This document shows, in pieces, positions 9,747 to 18,198 of a stretch of 64,000 nt of DNA (positions within the stretch are counted from its first letter, which is position 1; each line of letters begins with the position of its first letter). Source of the DNA: Escherichia virus TH22; the sequence record MT446396.1; one strand, given 5' to 3'. The notes under the pieces were generated by a model. That model saw nothing but the letters and a program-made list of their open reading frames with translations. It searched no databases and was not told where the DNA came from. The translations under genes and the position numbers were made by a program.

Positions 9747-10106
9747 ATGGTAAGAGTCATAACTTTAGCCATAGGGTTAGTATTCAGCACGGGAGGAATA
9801 GCTTCAGTACAGAGCGATGACAATAATAGCATCATAGAATATGCAACGAGGACGGCCAAAGATTATTGCGCATCAAGCAATGTGGATTGTGTAATCCGGT
9901 TCAGTGCCAAGCTCACCGCGGCATATAAAGACGGTCAAAATGATGTTGAACACACTCTTATGAAAAAGAGCACTTTATCCAACAAATATGAAAAGAAACT
10001 ATTTGAAATGGATTGTATTCTGTCGAGTGCCAAATATAAAGCGGCCTGCACCAGTATGGTTGACAGGTTAGTCGATTCCTATAACAGAGGATTGAACTCT
10101 AAATGA
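9747..10106 (+). CDS. hypothetical secreted protein
   Basis: N-terminal signal-like segment MVRVITLAIGLVFSTGGIASV. Confidence 0.45.
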   Translation: MVRVITLAIGLVFSTGGIASVQSDDNNSIIEYATRTAKDYCASSNVDCVIRFSAKLTAAYKDGQNDVEHTLMKKSTLSNKYEKKLFEMDCILSSAKYKAACTSMVDRLVDSYNRGLNSK

Positions 10107-10567
10107 TTGTTAACTATATTAAGGGCGATATTGTCGCCCTTTTTCTCGAAGGAAACATCATAGCTCATGGCTGTAACTGCTTCCATACAATGGGTTCAGG
10201 CGTTGCTGGCCAACTGGCAAAGGCTTACCCAAAAATTTTAGAAATGGATAAGACAACAACTGAATACGGTTCCCGAGAAAAACTCGGTGATATGTCTATT
10301 GTTTTTAAACATAAGCCAACTGGATTTGGTATGTGCTATAACCTTTATACCCAGTATGAACCGGGTCCAAATCTGGATTATGGCGCTTTAGTAAATTGTA
10401 TGATAGAATTAAATCTACAAGCAGAAACCCTTTTGTTTAAACCGGTAATTTATATTCCCAGGATTGGCTGTGGTATTGCAGGTGGTGATTGGGATAAGGT
10501 TTCCCGGTTAATTGATATGTTTACTCCTGATATTGATTTGATAGTGGTGGATTATGAGTCAAACTAG
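10103..10567 (+). CDS. macro-domain protein (putative ADP-ribose binding/hydrolase)
   Basis: GDI...NIIAHGCNCFHTMGSGVAGQL and IPRIGCGIAGG follow the macro-domain motif pattern. Confidence 0.6.
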   Translation: MIVNYIKGDIVALFLEGNIIAHGCNCFHTMGSGVAGQLAKAYPKILEMDKTTTEYGSREKLGDMSIVFKHKPTGFGMCYNLYTQYEPGPNLDYGALVNCMIELNLQAETLLFKPVIYIPRIGCGIAGGDWDKVSRLIDMFTPDIDLIVVDYESN

Positions 10568-10760
10568 TATTCTTAAAAATGCTCACTGTGAAAAGTGTAA
10601 ATGGCCAGTTGTTTTTGCTTTATGCAACGATGAAATGATATGTGATTTTGATTATTGGTGCTATTGTTCTAATAAAGGGTGTGTGAATCATGCAGGCGCC
10701 GGTTTCTATTCCGGGTTTCAACCGTATCCAGACTTTGTAAAACAAGGTGAACCGAAATGA
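10554..10760 (+). CDS. hypothetical Cys-rich protein
   Basis: Multiple Cys pairs (CEKCKW, CYCSNKGC). Confidence 0.4.
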   Translation: MSQTSILKNAHCEKCKWPVVFALCNDEMICDFDYWCYCSNKGCVNHAGAGFYSGFQPYPDFVKQGEPK

Positions 10761-10942
10761 GTTTAAGTATTAGTCAGAAAAGTAGATTGTTTGAGCTTAT
10801 CCATGAGCTTTTGGACGAGCATACGGAAGCGAACGCTTTTTATGATGAATACGGCCCGATAGATGCCGAGCATCAGGAAGAATTTGCTAATCGGTTTGAT
10901 GAGAAAGAAAACGAATTAATTGCTTATGTGAATACTCTTTAA
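10757..10942 (+). CDS. hypothetical protein
   Basis: ATGA overlap with upstream gene. Confidence 0.4.
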   Translation: MSLSISQKSRLFELIHELLDEHTEANAFYDEYGPIDAEHQEEFANRFDEKENELIAYVNTL

Positions 10943-10951
10943 GAAGGTGAT

Positions 10952-11524
10952 ATGGCGAGTTTAATTTATCATTACGCGGCAATGAATGCAGGCAAAACAG
11001 CTTCATTGCTGACTGCAGCTTATTCCTATAAAGAGCGTGGAATGAGTGTGCTTTTGCTAAAACCTGTTATTGATAATCGGGACTCGGAATCTGAAATTAA
11101 ATCACGTATTGGTATTAGCCAGGAAGCAAACCTGGTAACGGCCGACATGAACCTGTTTGAATTCTATAAATGGGCCGAGTCTCAAAAGGATATCCATTGT
11201 GTCCTGGTCGATGAAGCTCAATTTTTGTTACCAGAGCAAATTGACCAGTTAGCACGAGTGGTTGATAATTATAATATCCCCGTTATGTGTTACGGGCTAA
11301 GAACAGATTTTCGGGGTCAGTTATTTCCCGGTTCGGCCAGACTTCTGGCTATTTCGGATAAACTGGTTGAATTAAAGGGCGTCTGCCATTGCGGCCGGAA
11401 AGCAACCATGACCGCTCGAGTAATCGACGGTGCTGCTGTAAAGGTCGGCGAGCAAGTATTGGTCGGTGGGAATGAATCGTACGTATCTTTATGCAGGAAA
11501 CATTGGCTCGAATTGACAAGCTGA
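10952..11524 (+). CDS. tk: thymidine kinase
   Basis: MASLIYHYAAMNAGKTASLL P-loop and C-terminal zinc motif CHCGRKATMTAR match T4 Tk. Confidence 0.95.
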   Translation: MASLIYHYAAMNAGKTASLLTAAYSYKERGMSVLLLKPVIDNRDSESEIKSRIGISQEANLVTADMNLFEFYKWAESQKDIHCVLVDEAQFLLPEQIDQLARVVDNYNIPVMCYGLRTDFRGQLFPGSARLLAISDKLVELKGVCHCGRKATMTARVIDGAAVKVGEQVLVGGNESYVSLCRKHWLELTS

Positions 11525-11531
11525 GGTCCTT

Positions 11532-11807
11532 ATGATATATAAGATTTGGACGTATATCTCTATTTTTGTTATTGCTGGAATTGCATTTATCCCCACACAA
11601 ACAGATAGCGAGAGATATGAAAGGGAAATTGAAATAGTAGCAAGCACGTACCATTCTGTTAATAAAGAATGCCCGAATAAAAATGGAATAAATTTACAAA
11701 AAGCACATTATATGCTGACTGTTACTAGCCCAGTGCAAAGAATATGGGTTGATAGACATTTTTCTGATTTATTTGCAATATATTGTTTCAAGTTTAAAAG
11801 ATTATAA
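11532..11807 (+). CDS. hypothetical membrane protein
   Basis: N-terminal TM segment IWTYISIFVIAGIAFIP. Confidence 0.45.
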   Translation: MIYKIWTYISIFVIAGIAFIPTQTDSERYEREIEIVASTYHSVNKECPNKNGINLQKAHYMLTVTSPVQRIWVDRHFSDLFAIYCFKFKRL

Positions 11808-11810
11808 ATA
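11803..11810 (+). promoter_or_regulatory. late promoter TATAAATA upstream of rI
   Basis: Exact TATAAATA octamer. Confidence 0.5.
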
Positions 11811-11881
11811 CAGTTACTAACTAGTATTCCGCTATGTTAAGGCTGCAAAGCGTAATCATGACCAACAATAAGGAGTCCTTT

Positions 11882-12178
11882 ATGGACCTTATTCGAGGAC
11901 TTTCTCTAAGTCTATTACTAATGGGCTGTTTAGGCCCAAATCTGTCCTCTGCTACAGATGGTAAATTTACCCAGTACGCAGATAGTGCGATGCAAATCTA
12001 TTCGCAATTCAAAGAACCCAGCGTCGAGCAGTCCGAACAATTTTGGGCTTTTATTAAAACCGAATGGAACAATAAGAGTCAATGTGTAAATGAAATCACA
12101 TGTCAAATTGATGGCCGGGCTGCTGCAGTCGAATACGCTAAATTAATGAAGGTAAAATTGGAAGATGAAATTCGATGA
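11882..12178 (+). CDS. rI: lysis inhibition regulator RI (antiholin)
   Basis: VEQSEQFWAFIKTEWNNKSQC...AAAVEYAKLMKVKLE aligns with T4 RI; late promoter TATAAATA at 11803; start could be 11834 or 11858. Confidence 0.8.
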   Translation: MDLIRGLSLSLLLMGCLGPNLSSATDGKFTQYADSAMQIYSQFKEPSVEQSEQFWAFIKTEWNNKSQCVNEITCQIDGRAAAVEYAKLMKVKLEDEIR

Positions 12179-12548
12179 TTTCGTAACAGGTCGTGGGTCT
12201 GAGGTGGATTCATACATTGGGTGGCTATTAGTCTCTTTAGCATATTTTAAGTCCGCCCATCTTGAAACCAAAAGTTACGCCCGCCATAAAGCTTATGATT
12301 TCTACTTCACAGAAATCCAAGGTCCACTCGACCAGTTCAGTGAGCAATGGTTAGGTTACAGCGGGAAACAATACAAAGCTGCATTACCGTCCGCCTCGGA
12401 CTTGCCGAAAGATACAATTTTGTTTTTAGATGAAATGATTAAAAGCTCTGAAAGAGTCTATAAAGTTGTGCCCAAGGCTATTCAATCGACTCTGGACGAT
12501 ATCGTTGGCGTTTTCTTTCAAACCAAGTACCTGTTAACATTAGAGTAA
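12165..12548 (+). CDS. hypothetical protein
   Basis: ORF followed by UUCG-tetraloop terminator. Confidence 0.45.
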   Translation: MKFDDFVTGRGSEVDSYIGWLLVSLAYFKSAHLETKSYARHKAYDFYFTEIQGPLDQFSEQWLGYSGKQYKAALPSASDLPKDTILFLDEMIKSSERVYKVVPKAIQSTLDDIVGVFFQTKYLLTLE

Positions 12549-12552
12549 TTCA

Positions 12553-12586
12553 AAAGGTCTGCCTTCGGGTGGACCTTTTTTCATTT
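12553..12586 (+). terminator. rho-independent terminator (UUCG tetraloop)
   Basis: GGTCTGCC-TTCG-GGTGGACC stem then T-run. Confidence 0.6.
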
Positions 12587-12590
12587 AGGG

Positions 12591-12648
12591 GTTTACATCC
12601 TCATCAAAAGGGTGTACTATTATCCCATCAACTACTGAGGAGAATACA
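12591..12648 (+). promoter_or_regulatory. early promoter plus conserved leader
   Basis: GTTTACA -35, TACTAT -10, leader ATCAACTACTGAGGAG. Confidence 0.55.
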
Positions 12649-12852
12649 ATGAGAATTAAAAATATCAAGATTGATGCAGTTAATACTGGTGATGAGGTTG
12701 TTATCTATCTTAATGATTATGCAATCTTTATGGACAGTGCCACTGATGAAGAAGTGGTTGAACTCTTACAGAAAGCTCCATTTGAACTGTGTGAAGAAGA
12801 TGCTACCCATCTTTCATCAGCAATTTTCTCATTATCATATGTGGTGGAATAA
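12649..12852 (+). CDS. hypothetical protein
   Basis: Early promoter and conserved leader with SD GAGGAG upstream. Confidence 0.45.
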   Translation: MRIKNIKIDAVNTGDEVVIYLNDYAIFMDSATDEEVVELLQKAPFELCEEDATHLSSAIFSLSYVVE

Positions 12853-13088
12853 TGAAACTTACAAATACCATGGTTTCATTGGAATATGAAACCAATAATC
12901 ATATTCTTGAAATTAAGATATTTGATGACGGAAGCATATTTGCTGATTACCGCGGATATAGAATTCGCCTGGAAAAGGAACAGCTTAAAGATGTTGAGCT
13001 TTTTAAAGAAACATTAAAAAGTTGTGGGTGTAAACTGAAAAATACTCAAGTCCAAGAATTAATTTCTACCATCAACAAATACTGGTGA
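12852..13088 (+). CDS. hypothetical protein
   Basis: Start overlaps upstream stop. Confidence 0.4.
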   Translation: MKLTNTMVSLEYETNNHILEIKIFDDGSIFADYRGYRIRLEKEQLKDVELFKETLKSCGCKLKNTQVQELISTINKYW

Positions 13089-13092
13089 TATT

Positions 13093-13275
13093 ATGTTAAC
13101 TACTGAACAAATTGAAAAAATTATTAAACTCGCCTGGCATATTGAAAATGCATCTAATGACCTGGCAGTGGAATTATGTGAAGGCTATTCATATTCTGGA
13201 ATAGAACAGTGTAAGCGTGATTTGAATAGTTCTAAAGCTAATTTGGTTGAATATCTGAATGGGTTGAAAGCATAA
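13093..13275 (+). CDS. hypothetical protein
   Basis: Compact operon ORF. Confidence 0.4.
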   Translation: MLTTEQIEKIIKLAWHIENASNDLAVELCEGYSYSGIEQCKRDLNSSKANLVEYLNGLKA

Positions 13276-13532
13276 TGGCTGTTGGATTTGCAAAAGATGG
13301 CGCTGAACAGTTAGAGATGGAAGCGGTTGTACAAGCCGCTATCACCCATGCGAGAGCACAGGTTGCAGTTGAAAGGGAGTCTGCTGAATTCTGTTTTGAC
13401 TGCGACGAAAAAATTCCTGAAGCGCGGAGACAAGCGATTAAGGGTGTGATATATTGTGTTGGTTGTCAATCAATGCATGATGAAATTTTTAAACGTGAGC
13501 CACGTAACTGTTGGCATAGGAGCATGAGATGA
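13275..13532 (+). CDS. TraR/DksA-like C4 zinc-finger protein
   Basis: C-x2-C-x17-C-x2-C (CFDCDEK...YCVGCQ). Confidence 0.5.
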   Translation: MAVGFAKDGAEQLEMEAVVQAAITHARAQVAVERESAEFCFDCDEKIPEARRQAIKGVIYCVGCQSMHDEIFKREPRNCWHRSMR

Positions 13533-13623
13533 TTTACTATCTTGAACCTTGGGCTTGGTTAATAATGGCTGTAGGGCCTGTTTTAATTGGTTTATTCTTT
13601 TCATGGTTAGCGAGGAAACTGTA

Positions 13624-13839
13624 ATGTTATACGACCCAAGTGGTAATTCTGAAAATGGTGTGATTGTTCTGGAGCCTGAGCATCCGACTGGTGAGGTGTA
13701 CCGTACCGTTGAAGTGTGTGAATGTAATTTCGTTGAAGGAAATACCGGTGGGATTTCCATTGAGCAAGATGATGATGTTATTTACCTGGATGCAAGCCAA
13801 GTAGAAGCTCTTTATAGTATTTTAAAACATAACCGTTAA
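13624..13839 (+). CDS. hypothetical protein
   Basis: ATG 13624 after SD GAGGAAA (track ORF begins 13549). Confidence 0.4.
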   Translation: MLYDPSGNSENGVIVLEPEHPTGEVYRTVEVCECNFVEGNTGGISIEQDDDVIYLDASQVEALYSILKHNR

Positions 13840-13851
13840 GAGGAAATTAAA

Positions 13852-14406
13852 ATGATTATTGAAAAATCTGGGTTGTTTGGTGACCTGACTGCCGATGTAA
13901 TTGATAATGCAATCGTGCTTAAACAAGAAGATGATACAGTCGTTTTGACCATTCAAGATATTCAGAACCTGTACAAGTTGTCTGTTATTGATGCAGAGCA
14001 GTATATTCGAACTCATAATCGTGTCTTTAAAATTAACGATGAAGTTGTGGCTTGGTTGTATCGAGGTGAAAATGGCTTTAATCTGGAAACCGAATGGGCT
14101 TGTTTATCCATTAAAAACCGTTCAGAATTTTTAGAGAAAATTTTTAAACTGTTCCAAGAAGAGTGTGTACCTGAGCTCGAATGGAAAATCCATGGTTGTG
14201 ATGCTATTATGCATTCAAGCGAAACCTTTGAAGGTGATGAAGAAGGTGATTATAATACTGAATTCAGTGTCCACCAACATCAAGGTCGCGATATGTTATC
14301 TATCATCCAGACCCACGATGGTGAAGCTGAAGTAGTATTCACTAAAGACGAATTAAAAGTTCTGGTAAAATACCTGAACACTGTTATCCCAACTATGAAC
14401 GCATAA
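13852..14406 (+). CDS. hypothetical acidic protein
   Basis: 184 aa, rich in D/E. Confidence 0.45.
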   Translation: MIIEKSGLFGDLTADVIDNAIVLKQEDDTVVLTIQDIQNLYKLSVIDAEQYIRTHNRVFKINDEVVAWLYRGENGFNLETEWACLSIKNRSEFLEKIFKLFQEECVPELEWKIHGCDAIMHSSETFEGDEEGDYNTEFSVHQHQGRDMLSIIQTHDGEAEVVFTKDELKVLVKYLNTVIPTMNA

Positions 14407-14415
14407 GGAATTACA

Positions 14416-14868
14416 ATGATTATTAATGAAAACGCCTGGCACGTTAAATTACACGACCGTTTTTATGGCCATTATTCTCGCCCACACTCTTTGTGTGCTT
14501 ACTTCTGGAAAATTGTATGGGTCTGCTTTATTTGTTCTGTGCTTGCAGGTAGTACAATCTTCGCCTTAACTGTTGCAGGTGCTGGTGTATTGGAGCAGTT
14601 CTTTGTATTAAGTACTCCTGTTGGTTTAGGGTTAGGGTTTATTTTAGGACTAGCTACAATGGCTCTTATTTTGGCGGTAGCATTTGGTTTAATATATGGT
14701 CTAATGAATTTATGGGCCTGGTATGATTTACGTAAAGAAGAAAAAGAATGGGAACGAATTAAAGCCAAACGCGAAGGAAAGGAAATTAAAGAAAACGTTT
14801 TCATTCAATATATCAAAGCTCGTAAATCTAAGATGTGTCCGGTAATCCATTTTGAGGCGAAGAAATGA
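14416..14868 (+). CDS. hypothetical membrane protein
   Basis: Several hydrophobic helices (VWVCFICSVLAGSTIFALTVAG; GLGLGFILGLATMALILAVAFGLIYGL). Confidence 0.45.
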   Translation: MIINENAWHVKLHDRFYGHYSRPHSLCAYFWKIVWVCFICSVLAGSTIFALTVAGAGVLEQFFVLSTPVGLGLGFILGLATMALILAVAFGLIYGLMNLWAWYDLRKEEKEWERIKAKREGKEIKENVFIQYIKARKSKMCPVIHFEAKK

Positions 14869-15875
14869 GAACAGTTATGAAGGGATATTTTGGGTCCCAT
14901 CTTTATGGAACAAGTACTCCGGAATCTGATGTCGATTTTAAGGAAATCTTTGTTCCACATCCACGTGATATTCTGTTAGGTACGGCAATGAATCATACAA
15001 ACTTGAACACGAATAACACGGCATCCAAAAACACTAAAGACGATGTTGACCACGAGCTTTATAGCCTGAAATATTTCTTTAAACTGGCGGCTGAAGGTGA
15101 AACTGTTGCTCTGGACATGATTCACACTCCGGCTAACCTGGTAGTCAAATCCGATTTACCAGATGTATGGAAGTTTATCCAAGACAACCGTTCACGGTTC
15201 TATACGACCAACATGAAAGCATATTTGGGGTACGTCCGTAAGCAAGCTTCAAAATATGGTGTTAAAGGTTCTAGACTGGCTGCTTTACGTGGTGTACTGG
15301 CAATTGTTAACCAGATTCCTGAACAGTGGGTTGACTACCAAGAAGATGGTTCGACTAAACAACGTCGCACTAAAGTTGAAGATATTAAGCATCGTCTCCC
15401 AGAGAATGAATTCTGTGAATGGGTATTCCATAACCATGAGAAAACCGGTCCTCAAACGTTTTATACTGTTCTCGGTCGCAAATACCAAACTACTTTGTCA
15501 TTAATCGAGCTTAAGCAATCTCTGAATAAACTTGATGCCGAATATGGTGAACGCGCTCGTAAGGCCGAAGCTAACGAAGGTATTGACTGGAAAGCTCTGA
15601 GCCACGCTTATCGTGCTGGATATCAGTTGAAGGAAATTTATATGACCGGTGACCTTCAATATCCTTTACGAACAGCCCCATTTATCCTTGAAATCAAACA
15701 AGGGCTACATGCTTTTAAAGATGTACAAGCTGAACTTGAAGCAATCGTCGATGAAGTCGAAACCAATGCCATCTGGGCGGCCAAGAACGGCATGCCCGAT
15801 AAGGTAGACATGAAGTTCTGGGACAAGTTTGTTGAAGAGGTATATCTTGACAACCACAATTCCTATTATCGTTAA
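14865..15875 (+). CDS. nucleotidyltransferase-fold protein (Pol-beta superfamily-like)
   Basis: N-terminal GSHLYGTSTPESDVDF fits the GS-x(9-13)-DhDh NTase motif; ATGA overlap with upstream gene. Confidence 0.55.
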   Translation: MRTVMKGYFGSHLYGTSTPESDVDFKEIFVPHPRDILLGTAMNHTNLNTNNTASKNTKDDVDHELYSLKYFFKLAAEGETVALDMIHTPANLVVKSDLPDVWKFIQDNRSRFYTTNMKAYLGYVRKQASKYGVKGSRLAALRGVLAIVNQIPEQWVDYQEDGSTKQRRTKVEDIKHRLPENEFCEWVFHNHEKTGPQTFYTVLGRKYQTTLSLIELKQSLNKLDAEYGERARKAEANEGIDWKALSHAYRAGYQLKEIYMTGDLQYPLRTAPFILEIKQGLHAFKDVQAELEAIVDEVETNAIWAAKNGMPDKVDMKFWDKFVEEVYLDNHNSYYR

Positions 15876-15884
15876 TGAAGAAAT

Positions 15885-16071
15885 GAAGGTCTTCTTATCA
15901 TATGGAAGACCCAATAAAGGTCGGCGCTGGTATCTCGAAGCAGTCTGTCGGAAAACTGGCAGACGAATCAACATTAAGTACACGTGTAAACCAACTTCCA
16001 AACAAACCAGGCGTTTTGTTAACTGGGCTATCAATATTATAAGATTCCATAATTTTTGGAGTGCAATCTAA
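15885..16071 (+). CDS. hypothetical small basic protein
   Basis: Short ORF ending just before terminator at 16071; weak SD. Confidence 0.3.
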
Positions 16072-16096
16072 GGACCCTTCGGGGTCCTTTTTTATT
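16071..16096 (+). terminator. rho-independent terminator (UUCG tetraloop)
   Basis: AGGACCC-TTCG-GGGTCCT then TTTTTATTTT. Confidence 0.7.
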
Positions 16097-16106
16097 TTAA
16101 AAAGTA

Positions 16107-16174
16107 GTGTACAACAAGATGGTCATGAGGCATAATGATTCCATACTGAGTTACCAAATAAACTGGAGAATAAA
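16107..16174 (+). promoter_or_regulatory. early promoter plus CATACTGAGTTACCAAA leader
   Basis: GTGTACAA -35, CATAAT -10. Confidence 0.5.
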
Positions 16175-16381
16175 ATGTTAGAATTAATCAAAGCTGCTGG
16201 TGAAAAAGGTCTGATGGTTAACACTCGTGACCCTGAACAACGTCAAGCATTTGGTGAGTTAAAAGCCAAAGGTCTGGTTAAAGCATCCCTTGGTATTGGT
16301 AATGCTTTGCGTGTGACTTTGACCCCTGCAGGTAAAGCAATGTTCTTCCCTAAACCATTACCAAAACGTCGTCGCAAGTGA
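16175..16381 (+). CDS. hypothetical protein
   Basis: Terminator then early promoter with CATACTGAGTTACCAAA leader upstream. Confidence 0.45.
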   Translation: MLELIKAAGEKGLMVNTRDPEQRQAFGELKAKGLVKASLGIGNALRVTLTPAGKAMFFPKPLPKRRRK

Positions 16382-16387
16382 GGAATT

Positions 16388-16690
16388 ATGAAAAAGTATG
16401 AAATTGACATGATTGATGCATGTCTGAAATCTGCTGACCATTTTAAATTGAAAATGCACAAGTTAAGAGGAATGGTCAAAACTCCAGAAGAGAAGAAACG
16501 TTATGCTCTGAAGGAGAAATGTAAAGCTCTTATCATGATGGATAAGCTGCAAATGGTCGCCGCAGAAGCTCACAGGACAAGAAAAGCAGAGGCTCTTGGT
16601 GTTTATATGGCTGAACAGATTCATCGCGCACAGCAAGCCGTTAAGAGCGCCTGGTTCAGTGGTGAAAATACTGAAAGAACTTTTAATTAA
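16388..16690 (+). CDS. hypothetical protein
   Basis: SD GAGGAATT upstream. Confidence 0.45.
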   Translation: MKKYEIDMIDACLKSADHFKLKMHKLRGMVKTPEEKKRYALKEKCKALIMMDKLQMVAAEAHRTRKAEALGVYMAEQIHRAQQAVKSAWFSGENTERTFN

Positions 16691-16692
16691 AT

Positions 16693-16760
16693 GTGTACAC
16701 AAGTATGGGAGCGTGGCATAATGTTCCTATACTGAGTTACCAAACAAACGGGAGAATAAA
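16693..16760 (+). promoter_or_regulatory. early promoter plus CATACTGAGTTACCAAA-type leader
   Basis: GTGTACAC -35, CATAAT -10, leader TATACTGAGTTACCAAA. Confidence 0.5.
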
Positions 16761-17285
16761 ATGGAAGCCAAATCAATCTTTAATCTGATTAATTACAATA
16801 ATGGTAATTTTAAATCAGAAGCACAAAGCAAGTTCTTTAATGATGTTGCTTGTGCAGGTGAGATTACAGTATCAGGTGGTCAAACTTATAAAAACGCCTG
16901 GAACTGGATTGTGACTGTTGATTCAGTTGGTATTGTTGATGTGTATAAAAACACTAACAAAAACCGCTCTTTGTTCTGGTCAAGAGAGACTAATGCTGAG
17001 TATCAAGCGGCAAGAGCAAAGAAAAATATGCCAACTGAATCTGATATCCAAAACATCAAATCAGATATCCAATATTATGATGGTCTGATTGCTGAACAAC
17101 AAGCAGTGCTTGATAAGTTCAATGAAATCAAAGCATGTAAAGAGATTCCTGAATTCATGCGGGAATCAGTTAATGAACAATACAATCTCACTTCAGAGCG
17201 TATTGAAACCTATACCAAACAAAGAGCAGAGCGCCAGGTACTCCTTCAGAAGTTTGAAGAGCGTTTAAAGACGGTTCTCGCATAA
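16761..17285 (+). CDS. hypothetical protein
   Basis: Early promoter with CATACTGAGTTACCAAA leader upstream. Confidence 0.45.
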   Translation: MEAKSIFNLINYNNGNFKSEAQSKFFNDVACAGEITVSGGQTYKNAWNWIVTVDSVGIVDVYKNTNKNRSLFWSRETNAEYQAARAKKNMPTESDIQNIKSDIQYYDGLIAEQQAVLDKFNEIKACKEIPEFMRESVNEQYNLTSERIETYTKQRAERQVLLQKFEERLKTVLA

Positions 17286-17348
17286 ACGCTTTATACCAAG
17301 GATGGTATAATGGTTCTGACCTTTGATTAATCTATTGAGGAAATTATT

Positions 17349-18197
17349 ATGTCACAAGCAATTAATGAAATTCGTTCTGAAGTTAAAAAAGTTGTTAAAT
17401 TTAACAGTATTCCAAGCACTAAAGATGTGGTTTTAAATGTTCTATATATGATGTGGAATAAGTTCAATGTTTGTACTAATTCTGCTGAATTCACTAAAAT
17501 CTTTAATAAAACAACGGGCTTGCTTACATTAGAAGACCGAGTCATGAAATCTCTTCAACGTTCAGGTATGTTGTCTCGTGCTAATGTCAAAATTTTACTT
17601 AAAAATTATAATAAAGGTTATGACCTTTATGGTCGTGCGATTAGCACCATGACATTTGATGAAGTGGTCAAAGACCTTCATACTAACCAACGACGTTTAT
17701 TAGCTCTTGGTGCTCGTTTAGCAAGCGGTCAAGATAAACAAATGACCTTTAAAACCAATAATTCTTTAGATTATAAACTATTTAATGTTATTAAAGGTCA
17801 AAATGAAGGCGAATACAGTATTTCTTCTTTTAGCGGATGTCAATACGAAAACTGGAAATTCCACCTCCGTTTGGCTTTGTCTGAACTCGAACATCATGGG
17901 GTTCTTACCTTCTATGATGTTAAAACTGGAGGTGTCCAGCGCATTAAACTATGTCAAATTAAAGACCGAGTTGTAGTTGAGAGTCCTTCAGAGCAAGCTC
18001 CTAAAATGGAACCTGTTCCAGTGCGAAGCAATGAAAAATATTCAGAGCAAATTGAGCTTTTCACTAAACAGATTGAAGAACTTAACATCACTATCCAGCA
18101 GCAAGATGATGAAATTTTCCGTCTGTCAGGACTGAACAATGCAGCGAAAGCCGAACGTCAGAAACTGATGAACGTTATTGAATTGCTTAAGGATTAA
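17349..18197 (+). CDS. hypothetical protein with C-terminal coiled coil
   Basis: Extended -10 promoter (AAGGATGGTATAAT) upstream; heptad-like C-terminus. Confidence 0.5.
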   Translation: MSQAINEIRSEVKKVVKFNSIPSTKDVVLNVLYMMWNKFNVCTNSAEFTKIFNKTTGLLTLEDRVMKSLQRSGMLSRANVKILLKNYNKGYDLYGRAISTMTFDEVVKDLHTNQRRLLALGARLASGQDKQMTFKTNNSLDYKLFNVIKGQNEGEYSISSFSGCQYENWKFHLRLALSELEHHGVLTFYDVKTGGVQRIKLCQIKDRVVVESPSEQAPKMEPVPVRSNEKYSEQIELFTKQIEELNITIQQQDDEIFRLSGLNNAAKAERQKLMNVIELLKD

Positions 18198-18198
18198 T

